DNA of 41,313 nucleotides, from assembly GCF_001194135.2 (NCBI RefSeq), contig NC_068986.1:14094475-14135787 (forward strand), written 5' to 3'. Below the pieces are notes generated by a model. It ran no database searches. It saw nothing but the letters and a program-made list of their open reading frames with translations, and was not told the origin of the DNA. A program made the translations under genes and the position numbers. Below are positions 34,730-41,313 of the stretch, in pieces. The stretch comes from Octopus bimaculoides. Taxonomy: Eukaryota. How positions within the stretch are numbered: position 1 is the first letter of the stretch; each line of letters begins with the position of its first letter.

Positions 34730-35185
34730 GCCTTGTGAGTGGATTTGGTAGACGGAAACTGAAAGAAGCTCGTCGTATATATATATAAGGATAAGATCGA
34801 TATTTAAAATATTGATTTTATCAAGTGGCCAGCATGGGAATAAAAACCATCAAGAGTAATAATTATTTAAAATTATAATACAGGGTATCTAAGAGATACC
34901 GCCACGCTGAAAAATAGCAGTCAAATCTTGACTCTAAACCACAATAAATGTTCATATAGCACAAGAAGCGAAGACGATTTTTACTGGTTTATTTTGTCTT
35001 CGTCTTCGCTCCTTNNNNNNNNNNNNNNNNNNNNNNNNNNNNNGTGTGTGTGTGTGTGTGTGCGTGTGTGTGTGTGTGTGTGTGTCTGTGTTTGTCCGCC
35101 CAACATCGCTTGATGACGATGCTGGTGTGTTTACGTCCCCGTCACTTACGTCCCCTTCGGCAAGAGAGCCCGATAGAATAAGCAA
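34730..35185 (+). mobile_element. SINE family A split copy (central motif 34730-34787, tail ~35085-35185) with ~225 bp of unrelated sequence and a short gap between
   Basis: gccttgtgagtggatttggtagacggaaactgaaagaagctcgtcgtatat; gtgtttgtccgcccaacatcgcttgatgacgatgctggtgtgtttacgtccccg. Confidence 0.8.
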
Positions 35186-35251
35186 CCAGAATACATATAC
35201 ACACACATATAACCCCCAACCCCACCCATACACACAACCATATATATACGT

Positions 35252-35302
<51 letters not shown>

Positions 35303-35351
35303 CTATTTTACTCGTTTCAGCCATGCAGCTGTGGTCATGCTGGAGCACTAT

Positions 35352-36335
35352 CATGGTCTTACTGATTTCCTCCGTCTGGGATGTGTCACATCACCACTCC
35401 TGTATGTGCCTTTGTCTCAGCTGTTGGCCCGTTTGGTTCCGCTGCCCTCGTCTGTACCTCATGTCGGGTTATTGGTTCATCCGGTATTGTGGAGAGAAGG
35501 ATGTCTAGTTCTTATCTGAAGGCATCTACTTCCATCTTATGCAGATTTCTTAATTTTTGTGGCAGGGTATTGTGAAGAGTTGTGGGCATTCGAACCCTAG
35601 GCTATTGCAATACCTGGTTCTGAATTTACTTGAAGCGGATGGTACCTTTGGTACAATGCAATGTCGTCCTGTTCAGGCTGTTGTATAGCACTCAATGCCG
35701 AAATTAGGTACTAGATTTTCCATGTGTAGATCATTACATATCTGTCGCGACTTCGCTCCAGGGAGTAAAGTTGCAGTTTTCTCAGACTATTCCTGTAGCT
35801 CATCTGCTGCATTGCTTCAATCATTTTAGTGTAGTGACGTTGGACTGCTTCAAACTCCGCTGTTAATTTGGCACTATGTGGTGACCATAACTGGGAGCAG
35901 TAGTCCAGGCGGCAGAGAACGAATGTTCTCCACAGAGTCAGCATAGTTTCTTGGTCTCTTGTCTTGAAGGACCTCAGTATCCATCCTGCCGGTTGTCTGC
36001 ACTTTGCTGCCATCTTGCTTCTGTGCATATGAATTCATGCATCATTGCACATGCTGACACCAAGTCTTTCACTGTCTGTAATTCTGTGATTTCCGTGCCT
36101 TCCGGTCCTGTATATGCAGGCTGTAGTGCATTCGGGAGTTGATAGTGCAGGGCTTGAAAAGTTTCTGGTATCAAACTACATGTTTACTTCAGCCCTCTTG
36201 TATATCGATTTCAAGTCCTGCTGTATCCTTGCATCGTCATCTTGTCATTTTTTTATTGCCTGTGATAATGTTGTATCATTGGCGTAGCTAGTGACAGTGG
36301 CTGTCCGAGTGACGGTGGGCATGTCTAAGAGAGGA
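35352..36335 (-). pseudogene. 5'-truncated CR1/L2-group LINE: RT domain end and ORF2 C-terminal region
   Basis: SYANDT at the YADD position (YAND 36275-36286), then IQQDLKSIY, VKDLV, GWILRSFKTRDQETMLTLWRTFVLCRLDYCSQLWSPH...EAVQR..TK..YSLERSRDRY and LDILLSTIPDEP; several stops and frameshifts. Confidence 0.9.
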
Positions 36336-36686
36336 ATTATATATATATATATATGNNNNNNNNNNNNNNNNNNNNNNNNNNNNNNNNNNNNNNNNNNNNN
36401 NNNNNNNNNNNNNNNNNNNNNNNNNNNNNNNNNNNNNNNNNNNNNNNNNNNNNNNNNNNNNNNNNNNNNNNNNNNNNNNNNNNNNNNNNNNNNNNNNNNN
36501 NNNNNNNNNNNNNNNNNNNNNNNNNNNNNNNNNNNNNNNNNNNNNNNNNNNNNNNNNNNNNNNNNNNNNNNNNNNNNNNNNNNNNNNNNNNNNNNNNNNN
36601 NNNNNNNNNNNNNNNNNNNNNNNNNNNNNNNNNNNNNNNNNNNNNNNNNNNNNNNNNNNNNNNNNNNNNNNNNNNNNNNNNNNNNN

Positions 36687-36763
<77 letters not shown>

Positions 36764-38587
36764 AGAAGAGAGAGACAGATAAACAATATGGTAGGTGCGC
36801 TGATAGATGTACTTACAAATGTAGGTACATTTAAATATACTAATAACCACACACACACACGCATACAATCAGACAGACACACACACCATTTAGAGATACA
36901 TGCAAGCAAATATATACATTTGTGTGTGTATAAATTTGAAATAATATGCGTATATTATGTATCTATATGTATATGATATTATGTTATTCCTGCTTGCAGA
37001 GCATATAAGAAATAAACGTTAAATATATTGTAAATATAATATGGAATATCTCCAGTGACAAACAGTTGTATAGCATATAGAAATAGAATATTGATAATTG
37101 GTAAAAGTTAGGAAAAAAATTGAATTATAATTCTATAATATATCTGAGCTGGTGTATTGTGTTTAGATATGCGGTAAATGTAACGAATGCACGCGACAAT
37201 GTGACAGTTCATGTCCATATACATACATACAAAGAGTCGGAGAGACAGAGATATGCCTATTAGATATATGCAAATAGGTTTGCAGTTTATATTTATGTAC
37301 TGGGTTAAGAAACCTGCCTTACGTGTGGTAAATGTTGCAATTACAACTATCTATGGTACAATTTATAAAAGTTCGCATATGTATACAGACACATACACAC
37401 ACACACACACACGCAAACACACAAACTCATATCTGAATGTATGCATATATGTATGTATATATATATATATATATGTTTATATACATACATACGATTGTAC
37501 AACTATATGTAAGCATACATATATATACATATACATTTATATAAATATATTCATATATATATATATATAATATTTGGCTCTATCTTATTTACATTTCACG
37601 AANNNNNNNNNNNNNNNNNNNNNNNNNNNNNNNNNNNNNNNNNNNNNNNNNNNNNNNNNNNNNNNNNNNNNNNNNNNNNNNNNNNNNNNNNNNNNNNNNN
37701 NNNNNNNNNNNNNNNNNNNNNNNNNNNNNNNNNNNNNNNNNNNNNNNNNNNNNNNNNNNNNNNNNNNNNNNNNNNNNNNNNNNNNNNNNNNNNNNNNNNN
37801 NNNNNNNNNNNNNNNNNNNNNNNNNNNNNNNNNNNNNNNNNNNNNNNNNNNNNNNNNNNNNNNNNNNNNNNNNNNNNNNNNNNNNNNNNNNNNNNNNNNN
37901 NNNNNNNNNNNNNNNNNNNNNNNNNNNNNNNNNNNNNNNNNNNNNNNNNNNNNNNNNNNNNNNNNNNNNNNNNNNNNNNNNNNNNNNNNNNNNNNNNNNN
38001 NNNNNNNNNNNNNNNNNNNNNNNNNNNNNNNNNNNNNNNNNNNNNNNNNNNNNNNNNNNNNNNNNNNNNNNNNNNNNNNNNNNNNNNNNNNNNNNNNNNN
38101 NNNNNNNNNNNNNNNNNNNNNNNNNNNCATATATATTATATATACATATATTATATTATATATTATATATTATATATATATACATACGCACACACACATA
38201 TATATACATATATACATAGAATGGTAAATATATTCATATATATATATATATAATATTTGGCTCTATCTTATTTACATTTCACGAACATTTTGGGTTATGG
38301 TGTACACGCAATGAGCAATGTGTGTATACATTACGCCATTAGTGAGAACAAAGTGTTTGGCTGCGAGCGATCTTCCATTACAGAACGTCAACTGTTCCCT
38401 TGACATACTCTCATTTGAAATATGTCTGACACACGCTAACAGATTCACACACATACACGTATACTCTTACACGCATATACATAGAACGGCACACATACAC
38501 GCATACATCACTTACAGACAAACATTTATACACATATAAATGTAATTATAATGATGTATGCTCCTGTGTATATGTATTTATATATGA

Positions 38588-38588
38588 A

Positions 38589-38641
<53 letters not shown>

Positions 38642-38860
38642 GTGTGTCTATCTATCTATCTATATTTGTCTGTTTGTCTCTCTGTATATATTTTTCTGTC
38701 TGTCTATCTTCTCTATTTATCTGTCAATGTATATGTACACAGTTGTATGTATGTATGTATGTATGTATGTATGTATGTATGTAGCTCTTTGTGTGTGTAT
38801 GTCAGGCTGCGTGTGTGTGTGTATGTATGTGAGCCTGTGAGTGTGTGTGTGTGTGTGTGT
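38588..38860. repeat. (ATCT)n/(TATG)n/(TG)n compound microsatellite
   Basis: Direct reading. Confidence 0.9.
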
Positions 38861-39205
38861 GTGTTTATGTATATAATTATCTTTCAATATACACATACAT
38901 ATTCATATATATACGTACACACATATAACACACATTCATATGCCTAATTTATGCCTATATGCATAAATTTTGCATGTTACCATTACATTGATGTGTATAC
39001 TTGTCATAAATTTATATTCCTGTCATTTCGCTAGTAAAATTTCTCCATGTTTGCCTGCTGTCTCTATTAACCTATCGTCTGCTGGACGATCAAATTCATA
39101 AATTTCTTCGCTTCCATTACCGTTTTAGAGACCAGCATGATCCGTCTGAAAAAANNNNNNNNNNAAAAATCACACAAATACGCAAAAACAAACACACATG
39201 TATAT

Positions 39206-39447
39206 GGAGTCACGTGGGTTAATGGTTAGGGTGCTGGACTTATGATGGTAAAATTGTGATTTCGATTCCAAGACCGGGTGATGCGTTGCGTTTATGAGCA
39301 AGACCCTTCGTTTCACATTCCTGCAGTCTATTCAGCTACTGTAAATAAGTAACCCTACACCAGACTGGCATCCTATCTAGTGAAGAAAATATACATGCGC
39401 AACGAAACCCGGGAAATTGTCCCTACAAATCTATATGACTGGGGAAG
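39206..39447 (+). mobile_element. SINE family C, full length, tRNA-derived head
   Basis: A-box-like tgggttaatgg, B-box-like gatttcgattcc (39258-39269); body collinear with 3002-3134. Confidence 0.75.
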
Positions 39448-39490
39448 TATAGTTACACACGCACATATACATATACAGAAACACAAGTTC

Positions 39491-39525
<35 letters not shown>

Positions 39526-40639
39526 ACAACTCTCTTATTCTCTCATTCTTTCTTTCTATCAGCCCCTTCATACTTACTTCGTTCTTTCCACTCTTCTTTT
39601 TTCGTTCCCCCTCTCTCACATTTCTTGCCTTTCTCTTCGTTCTCACCTTACCTACTCTTTCACCTCCCTCTGTTTTTTCCCATCCCTCCTTAAATTCTTT
39701 TATTCCTCTGCCTCTACCTCTCTCCTCTCTCGACGTGATCGGTGTTCGGCCAAGCCTGACCTTTCTTTCTTGGATCGACAACCATGCGTGCAACATCTAT
39801 ATCCCTCCCCATGCCTGTTATTTCTTATGTCCCTGCTGTAAGGCTTCACTTCCACACGCGCCAGCTTAATTCAATTCGTCCTTAGTCGAAAGAACCTGTT
39901 GTTAATGTCCTGTTATTTGCATTTGCAATTGTGTACCACTTCTCCGTTTTTTTCCCGTCCTTGTTTTCGTATACGTTCGCTGCTTTCTTCCAAGGAATCT
40001 AGTACTCTTAGTTTATTTTTTCCTTGGAGCTGGCCAGATTGGAGCCATCTTATGTATNNNNNNNNNNNNNNNNNNNNNNNNNNNNNNNNNNNNNNNNNNN
40101 NNNNNNNNNNNNNNNNNNNNNNNNNNNNNNNNNNNNNNNNNNNNNNNNNNNNNNNNNNNNNNNNNNNNNNNNNNNNNNNNNNNNNNNNNNNNNNNNNNNN
40201 NNNNNNNNNNNNNNNNNNNNNNNNNNNNNNNNNNNNNNNNNNNNNNNNNNNNNNNNNNNNNNNNNNNNNNNNNNNNNNNNNNNNNNNNNNNNNNNNNNNN
40301 NNNNNNNNNNNNNNNNNNNNNNNNNNNNNNNNNNNNNNNNNNNNNNNNNNNNNNNNNNNNNNNNNNNNNNNNNNNNNNNNNNNNNNNNNNNNNNNNNNNN
40401 NNNNNNNNNNNNNNNNNNNNNNNNNNNNNNNNNNNNNNNNNNNNNNNNNNNNNNNNNNNNNNNNNNNNNNNNNNNNNNNNNNNNNNNNNNNNNNNNNNNN
40501 NNNNNNNNNNTGCACTGTGGAACTGAATAGAAGACATACCAGGTGGTCGTAAAAGGAGCTTTTTAAGCACAAACTCATGCAAACGAAAATAAAATTTAGT
40601 CTAGATTTCAGTTGATAAGGCTTAATACAATTAAATTTC

Positions 40640-40831
40640 GACATAAGGCCAGCAAATTCGGGGTGGTTATAAGTCGATTACACCGACTTTATTAATCAAC
40701 TTATTTTATCGAGTCTGTAAGGATGAAAGGTGAAATCGACTTCGGTGGAATTCGAAATCAGAACACGAAGATGGATGAAATGCTACTAGACATTTGCCCG
40801 GAGTGGTAGCGATTCTGCCAGCTCGATGCCT
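40640..40831 (-). mobile_element. SINE family B, diverged full-length monomer
   Basis: ataaggccagcaaattcgg...ggatgaaaggtgaaatcgacttcggtggaattcgaaatcagaac...gattctgccagctcg. Confidence 0.85.
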
Positions 40832-41313
40832 GAAAGGCTAATTTAATACTAAACCGATAAAACTTGTAAGCAAAACATAGTTACGTGAAGGATTAGCGGT
40901 TACGTTATGCTTTAAATAGAATACACAGAGGGAAACGAACTTAGAATTTTCTATTGAAGTATTAGTCTCCTATTGCCAAGACCCCACTCACAAAGTTCTC
41001 CATTATAATGCAACTTTTTCATATGTATTTATACTGTCTTTTACTTATAATTTTGTGTATATTTTTATAGTTAACGTAAACCTGTGCGTTTGGATTTGCT
41101 TAATATCTTCACATGTCTCGTTGACTTTGTTTTGACATAAATCTACAGCAGCAGGAATGGGAGAAAAACTCATAGTGGAACAATAATAACTTTGGACAAC
41201 TTCCTTTAAATTCTTCCAATTTTTATGTTCTATATTCTCTCGTCTTATAACTTCTGCTTTAGTGGTTCCAATTCCACTTCTCTCAATAACTTAAAGAATA
41301 AGCCAGCACGTAA

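Noticed and set aside
37542-38285. Exact 61-bp repeat on both sides of the 37603-38127 gap (37542-37602 and 38225-38285)
   Set aside because: The left copy ends exactly at the gap edge, which is typical of unmerged contig or haplotype overlap; treated as an assembly artefact unless long reads show two copies.
1636-39869. Dozens of long ORFs (poly-[19 protein letters not shown] and X-filled)
   Set aside because: They are translations of microsatellites or N-gaps, open in several frames at once, with no domain content.
39730-40057. GC-richer block that may be another interspersed repeat
   Set aside because: Single copy here, truncated by a gap, with no diagnostic motif; it cannot be classified from the sequence alone.
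695-40831. tRNA-like A/B boxes as tRNA genes; repeated SINE B bodies as a CRISPR-like array
   Set aside because: There is no cloverleaf or acceptor stem, and the boxes lead into SINE bodies with tails and TSDs. The repeats are long, diverged and irregularly spaced, with no cas genes.
41140-41313. Purine-rich minus-strand stretch (VIERSGIGTTKAEVIRRENIEHKIGRI) as a possible exon
   Set aside because: Stops in all frames within ~30 codons, no donor, and it lies at the window edge.

Overview
AT-rich, microsatellite-saturated animal genomic DNA from a gapped short-read assembly. Eleven large N-gaps total roughly 5.8 kb and most abut (TA)n, (CA)n or (TG)n tracts. The repeat families look to me like those of an octopod cephalopod (Octopus-like), but that is recall, not a database result. 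I find no supportable host protein-coding exon, rRNA, true tRNA, CRISPR array or prokaryotic feature; most listed ORFs are microsatellite, gap or repeat artefacts. The window is intergenic or deep-intronic. It contains three tRNA-derived SINE families (here A, B, C; about 25 copies or fragments), six mariner-derived relics, a CR1/L2-type RT relic, a 5' RTE-like endonuclease relic and two long palindromes. The most interesting signals are: (1) five separate loci carrying hammerhead-ribozyme-like motifs of the minimal type found at Penelope-like element termini and in retrozymes, one with an intact catalytic core (13021-13076); (2) an ~800-bp palindrome with IR/DR-like modular arms (7689-8477); (3) a mariner composite with two 3' ends (25250-26118); (4) convergent heterodimeric SINEs able to form a ~1-kb dsRNA (19227-20256). 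All functional readings are inferences; no folding, alignment or search was run.
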